A DNA stretch of 64,000 nt from Gammaproteobacteria bacterium (GCA_050298595.1 JBNKUM010000098.1:1-64000); one strand, 5' to 3'; shown: positions 40,916-51,778, counted from the stretch's first letter. Made by a program: numbers and translations. The notes: a model not told the origin generated them from the sequence alone.

Positions 40916-41689
40916 TTAGTAGTCGATCCAGTTTTTTTCAAACTCGATCAAATGAGGATTTTCAGATTTTATTAATTCTGCGCGAACCAATGCGCAGCGC
41001 GCATCATATTCAGTGGTTGTGAGGTGGGCTCGATTTCTTTCCCAGTTGAGGTAGAGCAAATACGTATTAAGCACCTTAATTTCTGAATGCTTACACAGTG
41101 CTGCAAAATCATACTCTATTGTTGACTCCTCGATCCCACTTTCTGACTCATAAAGATTTCCCGGAAAGCCGCACAGAATGGCTATTTCATTCAGCCCGGC
41201 AACGGTATCCTTGCGATAAGCTGCCAGCACGTCCATTAAATCGGTATGCCGCCAGTGATAGCGTGACAGATAATTATCCTGACTGAACTGACTGTCGTTT
41301 TCTCCGCTTTCCCAGTATCTGGCCGCATTTAACGTGTATTTCATCGAGCGGTAATGAGTCACCGGTATTTCAAAACCATTACCGCCCCAGGTAACCAGGC
41401 GTGGTGTATAGCGATCTATGCCATCATAGAAACGTTGTAGCAAATCCTGTTCGCCCGAATGTTCATTGCCCAGAGACCACACCGTAAAGCGCTCATCGCT
41501 AGACAATACTGCCGAGATGGCTGCAATTTTCTGTAGATGAAGTGGGAATGATTCCTTATTCGATAACTGCCTGCATTTATGTAGCACAGCACGTGCTACA
41601 TCATCATCCGACAGGCCATGCAGATCATACAATCTCCTTGCACCATCAATATCGGGGACTGTCTGTATCGCAAATACAAGTACATTCAT
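40916..41689 (-). CDS. PolB-related 3'-5' exonuclease family protein with degenerate catalytic motifs
   Basis: Family features (F.VWSLG, LLQRFYDGIDRYTP, RHTDLMDVL, GFPG, VLNTYLLY) and the cysM-rlmD position; ExoI reads FAIQT rather than FDIET. Confidence 0.8.
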   Translation of the reverse strand: MNVLVFAIQTVPDIDGARRLYDLHGLSDDDVARAVLHKCRQLSNKESFPLHLQKIAAISAVLSSDERFTVWSLGNEHSGEQDLLQRFYDGIDRYTPRLVTWGGNGFEIPVTHYRSMKYTLNAARYWESGENDSQFSQDNYLSRYHWRHTDLMDVLAAYRKDTVAGLNEIAILCGFPGNLYESESGIEESTIEYDFAALCKHSEIKVLNTYLLYLNWERNRAHLTTTEYDARCALVRAELIKSENPHLIEFEKNWIDY

Positions 41690-41707
41690 ATCGATATACA
41701 GGAATAC

Positions 41708-42583
41708 TTACGCGGGGAATACATCGGTGGACAGATAGCGGTCACCTCTATCACACACGATACTGACGATAGTAGCGTTTTCCAGGGTTTGCGCTAAGCG
41801 TAATGCCACTGCGGCCGCACCACCTGATGATATACCACAAAAAATCCCTTCTTTAGCGGCCAGATCACGCGTGGTCTGTTCCGCCTCCTGCTGGGTGACA
41901 CCGAGTATTTGATCAATATTAGTCGAATCGTAAATCTCAGGCAGATACTCTTCTGGCCAGCGCCTGATACCTGGAATTGTAGCCCCATCTGCCGGTTGAA
42001 CACCGACTACCTGTATAGCAGGATTCACTTCCTTAAAATATCTGGCGCAACCCACGATAGTACCCGTAGTCCCCATAGAGCTAACAAAATGGGTGATACC
42101 CTGAGCAGTCTGCTGCCAGATTTCAGGGGCTGTGTTTTCATAGTGGGCAAGTGGATTATCGGGGTTGGCAAACTGATCCAGCACCTTACCCTTACCTTTT
42201 GCCTGCATCTCTAAAGCCATATCACGTGCCACCATCATATCTTCAGCGAGGATAAGTTCAGCACCGTAGGCTTTCATCACAGCACGACGTTCCTGACTCA
42301 TATTGGAAGGCATGATAATAATCATATGGTACCCCTTAATGGCTGCAGCCATAGCCAGTGCTATACCAGTATTTCCGCTGGTGGCCTCGATTAAGGTATC
42401 TCCCGGTTTAATATCGCCGCGTAGTTCAGCATGAAGGATCATACTCAGAGCCGGACGATCCTTAACTGACCCAGCAGGATTGTTGCCTTCCAGCTTAAGC
42501 ATGATTTTATTGTTTGAGCCCTCAACGCCTAAACGCTGCAATGTAACCAGGGGGGTATTTCCGATATAATCTTCAAGTTTCAT
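41708..42583 (-). CDS. cysM: Cysteine synthase B
   Basis: KLEGNNPAGSVKDR, EATSGNTG, IPGIRRWPEEYLP. Confidence 0.95.
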   Translation of the reverse strand: MKLEDYIGNTPLVTLQRLGVEGSNNKIMLKLEGNNPAGSVKDRPALSMILHAELRGDIKPGDTLIEATSGNTGIALAMAAAIKGYHMIIIMPSNMSQERRAVMKAYGAELILAEDMMVARDMALEMQAKGKGKVLDQFANPDNPLAHYENTAPEIWQQTAQGITHFVSSMGTTGTIVGCARYFKEVNPAIQVVGVQPADGATIPGIRRWPEEYLPEIYDSTNIDQILGVTQQEAEQTTRDLAAKEGIFCGISSGGAAAVALRLAQTLENATIVSIVCDRGDRYLSTDVFPA

Positions 42584-42673
42584 GGGTTTTAATTATAAAA
42601 AAAATTGACCTATAGTTTACTCGATTCAACGAGCTTAAACTATGGTAATACAGTACTGATAAAGGGGTTTAAG

Positions 42674-44704
42674 TTGAAAATAAATGTATTTCTCAGTTTG
42701 ACGTTATTAAACGTTTTACCTGTTTTTGCTGACATTTCACAGACTATTGACTATGAGGCAGGAAACGACTTCTTTGGCGAATCTTCTGTAGTACTTACTG
42801 TATCACGTATGCATAAACCACTTGATGAGTCGCCTGCTTCGGTGAGCATTATCGACCGCCAGATGATTCACGATTCTGGCGCACGTCAGATAGCCGATAT
42901 CTTTCGTATGGTTCCCGGGTTTATCGTTGGCTACTATTCAGGGAATGAACCCGTAGTAACCTATCAAGGCTTAGGTAATAGATATCAGCGACAGTTGCAG
43001 GTATTGATCGATGGCCGATCGGCATTTATTCCTTCATATGGTGGTGTGCCGTGGACAAACCTGCCTCTACTTTTAGAAGATATTGAACGTGTTGAAATAA
43101 CTCGCGGACCCAATGCCGTAACTTATGGTGCTAACGCATTTCTGGCCACAATCAATATCATTACCCGTCACGCTGCTGAGGATGCAGGCAGCGAAGTCAT
43201 ACTCACTCAAGGTTTGGGTAAAAACGAATCGACCAGTGATTTCTATGCCCGTTACGGAAACAACTATGGTGATCTAGACTGGCGTATTTCGGCCGGTCGA
43301 GAAATGGCTGATGGTTATGAAACGGTTAATGATTCCAGCGAAGTGGAGAAAATCAATATACGAGCTGATCTTTTAACCCAATATAATCAATTTTGGACTA
43401 TTCAGGCTGGCCTGAACCAAACAAAAGCTGGCCGTGGTGATGGAAGCTTTTCAAACATCTTTCGTGACGAGGATGTTAGCAATAGCTACCAGAACATAAA
43501 ATGGGAAATGGTAGAAGATAATACTAACACCACAGCATTACTCACACACACTAGGCAGGAAGTGCAAGACATATTCAAATCAGGTGCATTAAATGAATTA
43601 GCAGCAGTTCTTGAAAATCACCCAATAAACTCATTGGCCATTCTGAGTCTACCTCCTTTTTATACTGATATAGATTTTGGTCGAAAATCGGATAGGCTGG
43701 ATTTTGAGATATATCAAAGCTTGAATCTGGACTCGAAAACCAAGCTGTTATATGGGGGGAGCCTGCGTAAGGACGAGGTTATTTCTAATTATCTATTTAA
43801 TGATGAATTGGCACATACTGTTGATACCAAACGCTTATTCAGTAGTGTCGAATGGAAACCACAAAATGATCTCATTTTAGATTTTGGTTTTATGCTGGAG
43901 GATACAAATTATACCGACAACGAGATTTCGCAAAGAATATCTTTACTAAAAAAGTTTGGTCAACACCGACTGAGATTAGTATCATCAACAGCTAAAAGGA
44001 ACCCCATTTTGTGGGAACTAATAGGCGAAACCCAATACATCGTACCAGTACCAGAACCATTCAATAAAGGCCTCCCATATTTAAGGTGGCGCGGAAATGT
44101 CAATCTCAACCCGGAAAGTATTAATTCAACTGAAATTGGATTATTCACAGAATATTTAAATAGACAGCTGACGACCGATTTTAAGCTGTTTCATTATAAA
44201 ATTAGAGATCAAATAGATGATAAGGCGCTAACACTTGCAGTTGATCCTTCAAATAACATTAACATAGAACAGACTTATGGTACCTCGATAAATGATGGGG
44301 ACACCATTGTAAACGGGCTGGATCTATCTTTTAACTTTAGTCCTGAATATAAACAATATCGGCTATTTGGAGGGATGAGTATTGTAAAAGTAAAAGAGAG
44401 CATTGACGATTTTGCAGAATCATATCCAGACCATACAGCATACCTTGGAGGTCATTATAACTTAAGTCCGTATCACCAATTATCTGGCGTTTTTTATATC
44501 GTGGATGGTATGACCTGGACAGGCATAAAAGGAAGCCTGGATGAATATAAAAAACTTGATTTACGATATCAATTTATTATTGACCCCGTCCATGACCTTA
44601 AACTTGAGCTAATAGGACAGAATTTACTCGAAGACTATAGTGACTTCGAGCCAGATAAATCCTGGGGTGATTCATACTTCTTAAGGATTTCTGGTAGGTT
44701 TTAG
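42674..44704 (+). CDS. TonB-dependent outer-membrane receptor
   Basis: Signal peptide from TTG at 42674 (AAGGGG RBS); plug motifs SPASVSIID and DIERVEITRGPNAVTYG..A....INIIT; GQNLL; terminal Phe. Confidence 0.9.
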   Translation: MKINVFLSLTLLNVLPVFADISQTIDYEAGNDFFGESSVVLTVSRMHKPLDESPASVSIIDRQMIHDSGARQIADIFRMVPGFIVGYYSGNEPVVTYQGLGNRYQRQLQVLIDGRSAFIPSYGGVPWTNLPLLLEDIERVEITRGPNAVTYGANAFLATINIITRHAAEDAGSEVILTQGLGKNESTSDFYARYGNNYGDLDWRISAGREMADGYETVNDSSEVEKINIRADLLTQYNQFWTIQAGLNQTKAGRGDGSFSNIFRDEDVSNSYQNIKWEMVEDNTNTTALLTHTRQEVQDIFKSGALNELAAVLENHPINSLAILSLPPFYTDIDFGRKSDRLDFEIYQSLNLDSKTKLLYGGSLRKDEVISNYLFNDELAHTVDTKRLFSSVEWKPQNDLILDFGFMLEDTNYTDNEISQRISLLKKFGQHRLRLVSSTAKRNPILWELIGETQYIVPVPEPFNKGLPYLRWRGNVNLNPESINSTEIGLFTEYLNRQLTTDFKLFHYKIRDQIDDKALTLAVDPSNNINIEQTYGTSINDGDTIVNGLDLSFNFSPEYKQYRLFGGMSIVKVKESIDDFAESYPDHTAYLGGHYNLSPYHQLSGVFYIVDGMTWTGIKGSLDEYKKLDLRYQFIIDPVHDLKLELIGQNLLEDYSDFEPDKSWGDSYFLRISGRF

Positions 44705-44710
44705 CGCATT

Positions 44711-45649
44711 ATGCATGGAATAACCTCATATTCAAGGAAGGCATATCACCGACTGATTTTCTTCTGGCTATGGCTATGGTTATTGCCACTAACAGTAACA
44801 GGCAGTGAAAATACAGTTCTTATTATAAAGAGTAACGAAAACAGTTTTTTCAATCAAAGCATTGAAAAACTAATCAACATGACTGAAGCAAATGTTAAAT
44901 TTAATACCGTCAATGCGAAAATATACGAAAGAAACCCTCAGAATTATCAACCAGATATTATCATCACTCTGGGATTCAAGGCCGTTCAATTAACCCTCCA
45001 GATAGAGGATGACATACCGATTATTCACAGTTATATCACTGAGTTTCAGCTGAAAAATCACGATATGACCAAACAACACTACAGCATTCTATTAGAACAA
45101 CCCATTGAACGGTATTTACATTTTATTAAGAGATTACTAGCCATTAAAAAAGTAGGCCTGATCAAAACCAGAGATAACAGCTATGGTCGTAAAAAATTAG
45201 AACAACTGGAAAAATCCAATGCTGTGCAGATTAATCAATATATATTTAATCCGGATGAAAACCCAAATCCGGTAACGACTGTGCGCAATATATTACAAAA
45301 AAATGATGTATTGCTAAGCCTCCCAGAACCCACGGTTTATAACCATCAAACACTGAAAGGGATTCTACTGGCTTCCTACAGACTTAACAAACCGGTGATC
45401 AGCTATTCACCCGCGCATGTCAATTCTGGAGCTCTTGCAGCTATTTATACTTCACCCTCTCAAATTGGTACGCAGATAGCGAGTATGCTGAATAAATTAC
45501 TGGAAAGTAAATTAACCCCTAAAGATTACAAAAATTACGCCAACGATTTTGAGATAAAGATAAATCGGCAGGTAGCACATTCATTAAAAATTGAATTACC
45601 TTCCGATGATGACATTATCAGTCAAATGCGATCAGGAGAATCAAAGTGA
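44711..45649 (+). CDS. Orphan ABC-type periplasmic substrate-binding protein
   Basis: Signal peptide; DVLLSLPEPTVYN, SGALAAIY, FEIKINRQVAHSL motifs; no permease or ATPase nearby. Confidence 0.75.
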   Translation: MHGITSYSRKAYHRLIFFWLWLWLLPLTVTGSENTVLIIKSNENSFFNQSIEKLINMTEANVKFNTVNAKIYERNPQNYQPDIIITLGFKAVQLTLQIEDDIPIIHSYITEFQLKNHDMTKQHYSILLEQPIERYLHFIKRLLAIKKVGLIKTRDNSYGRKKLEQLEKSNAVQINQYIFNPDENPNPVTTVRNILQKNDVLLSLPEPTVYNHQTLKGILLASYRLNKPVISYSPAHVNSGALAAIYTSPSQIGTQIASMLNKLLESKLTPKDYKNYANDFEIKINRQVAHSLKIELPSDDDIISQMRSGESK

Positions 45650-48354
45650 GGCATCACAGCATCAAGTTACAGATTCTAATGGTTATGATGATCCCTGTAT
45701 TTATGACTGCAGCTATACTGTCTTACATCCATGTTAACAACAGCATCACTCAGGCTGAAAAAATTCTGCAGAGCAAAGGAGAAATTATCGCTAAACAGAT
45801 AGCAGGTGCCACAGAATTTGATCTCTTCTCTGGTAATTTTGATCATATTCAACATCTGTTAAATAGATCAATTAATACTAACGATATCGTCTTTGCATCT
45901 GTATATGATAGCAAGGGCAATCAGATAGCAAAAGTCAGCGGGACTGAATATTCTGCCGCTAACAGTTCACATTATTTATATTATCGTTATCCAATTCAAA
46001 CTCAGAATCTGGAAGTTACAGATGTATTCAGCACGCAAATAGATAATTCACAAGATGGCTTCCGTAACCTGGGTTGGGTGCATTTATATATCTCACGTCA
46101 GCGCCTGGATAAAAGTAAGATTTCAATTTACCATGAAGCACTGATTGTTTTCTGCGCCACCATGTTACTAGCCATTGTCCTTACTTTTTTTATCAGCCGT
46201 CGAATTACACAACCAGTATTTACACTGATAGATTATTTAAAAAAAATTGAAACCGGACATCTGGGCGAAGTAATAAAACCGGTTGAAAAAAATGAAATTG
46301 GCGACGTGCAAAAAGGCTTTAATAGCATGTCGCAATCCTTGCTTGCTAACCGCATGCAACTGGATCAAAAAATAAAAACAGCCACTCTCGATTTAATGAA
46401 TGCGATTACTGACCTGGAATATAAAAACAGGGAAATTTCACTGGCCAGAGACGAAGCTCAAAATGCTAATAAGATTAAATCACAATTTCTGGCGAATATC
46501 AGCCATGAAATTCGAACACCAATCAATGGTATCAAAGGTTTTGCCAACTTACTGACACAGACAGGATTAACTTCACAACAACGTCGCTATGCCGAGATTA
46601 TTAATCAATCCACTTCTGATCTAAGCAGTATCGTGAATGAAGTTCTGGATTTCTCCAAGATAGAGTCCGAAAAAGTCGACATTATCCAGGGGCACTTTGA
46701 TTTATATGAACTGGTCGAATCAACCCGCGATAGCCTGTTTACAGCAGCTATGGATAAAAATATCGACCTCTATCTCACTATCTACAGTGATACCCCACAA
46801 TACCTGACAGGGGATAAATTGCGTTTAAAACAGATATTGATCAACCTTATTGGAAATGCGATTAAATTCACTGATACCGGTTACGTAGAAATCGTGGTCC
46901 ATCTGGAAGAACAAACTGATCAACAGGTCATTATTAAATTCAAAATCAGAGATTCAGGAATTGGTATCTCCAAGGACGAGCAAAAACAATTATTCCAGGC
47001 TTTCAAGCAGATTGAGTCTGACAGTAATCGTCGATTTTCGGGGACAGGGCTAGGACTGGTTATATCAAAAAATCTTGCCCGACTGATGGGAGGAGAAATT
47101 ATTTTAGATAGCGTCACTAACTTTGGCTCCTTATTCACCCTTACCTTACCTTTCACTCCCAGTGAAGATGCCGAGTCTGAATTGCAGCCATCTGATGATA
47201 TACAGACCTGTCTGTTGATAGCATTTGGTCAAAAACCCCTGAATGAAATTCAGTCACTTTATAACCGGGCCGGATTCAACACCGAATTTATACTGATAGA
47301 GCCTGAGATGGATATACATAGAATCCAGTCACAGATATCACAGAACCTCGTTTATATTGATTGTATTGTTCTTGACTTGAGACACGCAACCTTAGAACCA
47401 GATGACCTTTTTGACAAAACTATGCAGAATGAAAAACGCATTATTGTCATGCATTACGATTTATCTTTGACTCAATTAGCAAAACAAAGCCGCTATGAAT
47501 TCATCTCGGTGATTAACACCTCTAAGAATTTACACAGACTGCTATCTCATGGTGAGCCGGTCATTGATGAATATATTAAACCCTCTCGTAAACCGGAAGC
47601 TATCCCCCACAGTGTACTTATCGTGGATGACAATCCTATCAATTTAGCTTTAGCTGTTGAACTTGCACAGATGTGGGGACACCACCCCTTTGAAGCAAGT
47701 AATGCTCAACAGGCCATGCAATTATTTCGCATCAAAAATTTTGACTTAATTCTATTGGATATTCAGATGCCAGAAATAGACGGTGTAAAATTAATGCAGA
47801 TGATGCGAGAAGAAAAGCCAGATCTAAAAACCCCGATTGCAGCTATTACGGCAAATATTCTAGACAGTGAAAAAAAGCGCTTACTGGGACTGGGTTTTGA
47901 CGCCTACTTCAGGAAACCAATCGAAGAAAATAAACTTCGGGCTTTACTCGATAAAGCTGAAGTGAGCGATGAAATGACTCTAGAAGAAATACCTGCTGAA
48001 AATTTTGAATTATCAGTAGATCAGGCTTTATCCTTTAAACTGTCTTCCAGTAACAAGGTATTAATGAACCAGGTATTCAGCATGCTGCTTAAGGAGATCC
48101 CCTCTTACCAGCAAAGTATCCAGCAAGCGACTGAGCAAAAATACCTGGCTGATTTTGAACGAATTATGCATAAACTACATGGTGTTACCTGCTACGCAGG
48201 GTTACCAAAACTAAAACAATTGTTAGATGAGTACGAGACGGTTAAAAAGAATGCCGCTCATAAAATTCCATCTATCGCACAAAGTATCAGTGAAGAGCTG
48301 GCAGAGATCGATAAAATTCTCAAAACTCAGAATATTGATGGAACGGTAGTTTAA
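45646..48354 (+). CDS. barA: Hybrid sensor kinase, BarA/GacS type
   Basis: Two TM, HAMP, FLANISHEIRTPING, GTGLGLVI, receiver LLDIQMP, Hpt HKLHGVTCYAG; divergent from cysM/rlmD as for barA/gacS. Confidence 0.82.
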   Translation: MRHHSIKLQILMVMMIPVFMTAAILSYIHVNNSITQAEKILQSKGEIIAKQIAGATEFDLFSGNFDHIQHLLNRSINTNDIVFASVYDSKGNQIAKVSGTEYSAANSSHYLYYRYPIQTQNLEVTDVFSTQIDNSQDGFRNLGWVHLYISRQRLDKSKISIYHEALIVFCATMLLAIVLTFFISRRITQPVFTLIDYLKKIETGHLGEVIKPVEKNEIGDVQKGFNSMSQSLLANRMQLDQKIKTATLDLMNAITDLEYKNREISLARDEAQNANKIKSQFLANISHEIRTPINGIKGFANLLTQTGLTSQQRRYAEIINQSTSDLSSIVNEVLDFSKIESEKVDIIQGHFDLYELVESTRDSLFTAAMDKNIDLYLTIYSDTPQYLTGDKLRLKQILINLIGNAIKFTDTGYVEIVVHLEEQTDQQVIIKFKIRDSGIGISKDEQKQLFQAFKQIESDSNRRFSGTGLGLVISKNLARLMGGEIILDSVTNFGSLFTLTLPFTPSEDAESELQPSDDIQTCLLIAFGQKPLNEIQSLYNRAGFNTEFILIEPEMDIHRIQSQISQNLVYIDCIVLDLRHATLEPDDLFDKTMQNEKRIIVMHYDLSLTQLAKQSRYEFISVINTSKNLHRLLSHGEPVIDEYIKPSRKPEAIPHSVLIVDDNPINLALAVELAQMWGHHPFEASNAQQAMQLFRIKNFDLILLDIQMPEIDGVKLMQMMREEKPDLKTPIAAITANILDSEKKRLLGLGFDAYFRKPIEENKLRALLDKAEVSDEMTLEEIPAENFELSVDQALSFKLSSSNKVLMNQVFSMLLKEIPSYQQSIQQATEQKYLADFERIMHKLHGVTCYAGLPKLKQLLDEYETVKKNAAHKIPSIAQSISEELAEIDKILKTQNIDGTVV

Positions 48355-48731
48355 TCACGCTCCATTACAACCGTGGCCACTACATAGTGCTTTTCATCTG
48401 ACAAACTTAACAGGCTTCGAGTCACTTTTTGCTGCTGACTTATAAATAGTGCAATATCATGTAAGAGGAGTTCTGGCTTACCTCGGTCATCATTCACAAT
48501 TTCTATAGAGTGAAAACTCATTCCACCAGAAATACCCGTACCTAAGGCTTTACTAGCCGCCTCTTTCGCAGCAAACCTGCTGGCTAAAAATGTAGCAGAG
48601 CCATTTCGCTGTTGAAACCTGGCAAACTCCTGTTCAGTCAGCAGGCGATGTGCAAATTTCTCACCAAAGCGTTCCAGAAGCTTTTGTATGCGTGATATTT
48701 CAACTATATCTACACCAAGACCGGTTATCAC
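48351..48731 (-). CDS. acpS: Holo-ACP synthase
   Basis: GLGVDIV, RFAAKEA, SLSDE. Confidence 0.96.
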   Translation of the reverse strand: MITGLGVDIVEISRIQKLLERFGEKFAHRLLTEQEFARFQQRNGSATFLASRFAAKEAASKALGTGISGGMSFHSIEIVNDDRGKPELLLHDIALFISQQQKVTRSLLSLSDEKHYVVATVVMERD

Positions 48732-49468
48732 TTTAATGACCTGGCTTCAATCATCAGGCGCTTCATCTCTCTTACCGATGAAGCCAGTCCATTGAATACG
48801 GCATCAGCAATAATAGCGTGACCAATATTTAGCTCTACAATCTTTGGATTACGAGCAATGGGTTGAACATTATGAATATGCAATCCATGACCGGCGTTTA
48901 CCTGCAGCCCTTTGGCATAGGCATAATCCACAGCATGGTTTATCTGTTGCAGTAGTTCCTGCTGTTGTTGACCGCTAGCATCGGCATAATGACCTGTGTG
49001 TATCTCAATACAGGGTGCTCCACAGGCGAGAGCTGCATCGATTTGCGCTTCATTAGCATCTATAAACAGTGACACGCGTGTCCCCTGCTCTGCCATGCGA
49101 TCACAGGCCTGTTTTATACGCTCAAAACCCTGTACAACATCAAGACCACCTTCAGTAGTTAGTTCTTCCCTTTTTTCTGGAACCAGACAACAGTCCTGTG
49201 GTTGCAACTCTTCGGCAAAATCCAGCATTTCATCGGTAACCGCCATCTCCAGATTCAGCTTGGTTTGCACCATCTGCTTTAACAGATAGCAGTCCCTTTT
49301 CTGTATATGTCGCTGATCTTCACGCAAATGAAAGGTGATAGAATCCGCACCCGACTGTTCTGCAATAACTGCAGCTGTCACCGGGTCTGGGTAAGTTGTC
49401 CCCCTGGCCTGACGCAAGGTAGCAACATGATCAATATTTATCCCTAGCAAAATACTCTGAGTATTCAT
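48728..49468 (-). CDS. pdxJ: Pyridoxine 5'-phosphate synthase
   Basis: [30 protein letters not shown]. Confidence 0.97.
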   Translation of the reverse strand: MNTQSILLGINIDHVATLRQARGTTYPDPVTAAVIAEQSGADSITFHLREDQRHIQKRDCYLLKQMVQTKLNLEMAVTDEMLDFAEELQPQDCCLVPEKREELTTEGGLDVVQGFERIKQACDRMAEQGTRVSLFIDANEAQIDAALACGAPCIEIHTGHYADASGQQQQELLQQINHAVDYAYAKGLQVNAGHGLHIHNVQPIARNPKIVELNIGHAIIADAVFNGLASSVREMKRLMIEARSLK

Positions 49469-49470
49469 AA

Positions 49471-50181
49471 TTATGCTTTGCCCTTTTTACTGTGAATCAT
49501 TTGTTGATAGAACTGACGAGATTGTAGCGCTCTACCCTGCAGGTTGAAATCAATAATCGAACGCATCAATCGTTTTGCTGCCGGTAGTGTAGATGCTGAT
49601 GAAAAATCACAGGCCTGTATAGCGATCAATTGCTCAGAAGAAAAAGCGTTTTTATCAAGCTCATCTGCACGTAACAAACCCGCTGACGGGTTTATCTGAT
49701 ACATTGAGTTTTCTACGATTGGCTGGCCAGCTGAAGACTCTATACCCAACTCCGGCATCAGGCCCAAAGAGGTCAGCATGTTGAACTCAAAATTTCTTAG
49801 TAACGGTTCCAGAGAATCAGCATCAAGTTGCAACAGAGTACGTTGATATAACTCGAACAGATCCGTGTAAGGATCCTGTTTTGGTAACAGATACATGAGT
49901 AATTCATTAATATAAAAAACCGCGATCAGGCAGGAGTCAGTAACTTCAAGTGATCGGCTTTCAATAGTGGTTAACACTTTTAAATCTGAACGACCACTCC
50001 AGCCTAGCTGCAATCGGTTACCAATCTGAAAGTGCGATACATCGCGTCGTTTTCGTGCACCACGCGCTAACAGACTCATGCGTCCATAATCACGAGTAAA
50101 TAATTCAAGAATCAGACTGGAGTTTTGATATTCACGACGATGGAGCAGGAATGCCGCTTGATCATTAACGTGCATATCCAT
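49471..50181 (-). CDS. recO: DNA repair protein RecO
   Basis: [22 protein letters not shown] and YINELL; era-recO-pdxJ context. Confidence 0.9.
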   Translation of the reverse strand: MDMHVNDQAAFLLHRREYQNSSLILELFTRDYGRMSLLARGARKRRDVSHFQIGNRLQLGWSGRSDLKVLTTIESRSLEVTDSCLIAVFYINELLMYLLPKQDPYTDLFELYQRTLLQLDADSLEPLLRNFEFNMLTSLGLMPELGIESSAGQPIVENSMYQINPSAGLLRADELDKNAFSSEQLIAIQACDFSSASTLPAAKRLMRSIIDFNLQGRALQSRQFYQQMIHSKKGKA

Positions 50182-50213
50182 TTATTCAATCTGGATAAAG
50201 AGTTTAGATGAGG

Positions 50214-51107
50214 TCATTCATTAGAATAGCCAAAGGCTGCCAGCGAGCGTTCATCATCTGACCAGTCTTCACGTACCTTAACCCATAGCTGTAGATAGAC
50301 CTTGCAATCGACCAGGCGCTCAATATCTTTACGCGCTTCGGTACCAATTTTCTTCAGCATGCGTCCCTGATTTCCAATCACAATGCCTTTTTGTGATTTT
50401 CGTTCCACCCAGATGGAAGCGGAAATACGTACCATATCTTCTTCGTGGACGTAATGCTCGACATTGACGGTTAATGCGTAAGGTAATTCCTGAGTCAGCA
50501 TACGGAACAGTTTTTCTCGTACAATTTCTGCCACGATGAAACGCATCGGTTTATCGGTTAACTGATCTACAGGAAAATGCGGGATACCGATGGGCAGACG
50601 TGAACGTATTTGAACCATTAACTGCTCAAGATTTTGTTTTTCCAGCGCTGAGATCGGGATAATATCAACATCAGGCAGCCACAATGACACTTTTTGCATC
50701 AGTGGCAACAGATCCTGTTTTCTTATCTGATCGATCTTATTGATCAGAATCAGTACATTACTATGCTTTTGCAGACGCTGTAGAATCTGTTCATCATCAC
50801 CATTTATACTTCTGGCTTCCAGCAATACACAAATTAAATCGACATCACTCAGCATGCTGGTTGCTGCTCGATTCATGTATCGGTTGATGGCTTTTTTCTG
50901 ATTTTGGTGTATACCCGGTGTATCCACAAAGATACATTGAAACTCTTCTGTAGTGAGAATACCTAGAATCTGGTGTCTAGTGGTCTGAGGACGATGCGCG
51001 GTAATGCTCAACTTCTCACCTACCAGTGCATTCATCAGTGTCGATTTACCCGTATTGGGCTTACCAACCAGGGCCACATAACCACATTGAAAGCCTTCAA
51101 TGTTCAT
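50214..51107 (-). CDS. era: GTPase Era
   Basis: GKPNTGKS, PQTTR, DTPG, NKID and KH motif VIGNQG. Confidence 0.96.
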   Translation of the reverse strand: MNIEGFQCGYVALVGKPNTGKSTLMNALVGEKLSITAHRPQTTRHQILGILTTEEFQCIFVDTPGIHQNQKKAINRYMNRAATSMLSDVDLICVLLEARSINGDDEQILQRLQKHSNVLILINKIDQIRKQDLLPLMQKVSLWLPDVDIIPISALEKQNLEQLMVQIRSRLPIGIPHFPVDQLTDKPMRFIVAEIVREKLFRMLTQELPYALTVNVEHYVHEEDMVRISASIWVERKSQKGIVIGNQGRMLKKIGTEARKDIERLVDCKVYLQLWVKVREDWSDDERSLAAFGYSNE

Positions 51108-51778
51108 TTTTTGGCCTGCCCAAGAGCTCGAGATGCAGCCATTTGCTCAGCCTTTTTTCGGCTGGTGCCCTTACCATGTGCAGTAATATTCATCGCATCG
51201 ATTCGGCATTTGACCGTAAAGGTTTGATCATGAGATTTACCTTCGGTTTGCACCACTTCATATTCAGGTAAATCATGTTTATGGCTTTGCAGGTATTCCT
51301 GCAAGGTTGTTTTAGGGTCTTTCAAATCACCTGGGGAAGGTAGCGTAACCAGATAGTCTTCGTATAGAAACAGGATAGTTTGTTTACACTGCTCAAAGCC
51401 TCCATCCAGATAAATTGCTCCAAATAGCGCTTCCATAGCATCTGATAAAATTGAGGCTCGTCTATAGCCTCCGCTTTTAAGTTCTCCGCTACCAAGCTGC
51501 AGGAAATCACCCAGGTTGATATCTCGTGCAACTGTCGCCAGTGCATCTTCCTTGACCAGACTGGCTCGAACCCGGCTTAGTTCTCCTTCAGTTGCATCAG
51601 TCAGACGAAGAAACAGGTGCTCGGAAATTACCAAACCTAAAATACTATCCCCCAGGAATTCCAGCGTTTCATTATTATTATTCTTTGAAAAGCTACGATG
51701 TGTCATCGCAGTCTGTAGTAATTCATCATCTTTAAATTGATAATGAATCACTACCTGCAATTGTTGCAGCGGTTTCAC
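51104..51778 (-). CDS. rnc: Ribonuclease III
   Basis: ETLEFLGDS signature, DAMEALFGAIYLD, dsRBD DPKTTLQE. Confidence 0.96.
   Translation of the reverse strand: MKPLQQLQVVIHYQFKDDELLQTAMTHRSFSKNNNNETLEFLGDSILGLVISEHLFLRLTDATEGELSRVRASLVKEDALATVARDINLGDFLQLGSGELKSGGYRRASILSDAMEALFGAIYLDGGFEQCKQTILFLYEDYLVTLPSPGDLKDPKTTLQEYLQSHKHDLPEYEVVQTEGKSHDQTFTVKCRIDAMNITAHGKGTSRKKAEQMAASRALGQAKK

Noticed and set aside
51104-51778. RNase III signature ETLEFLGD instead of ERLEFLGD
   Set aside because: The catalytic Glu/Asp residues are intact and Thr is a tolerated variant.
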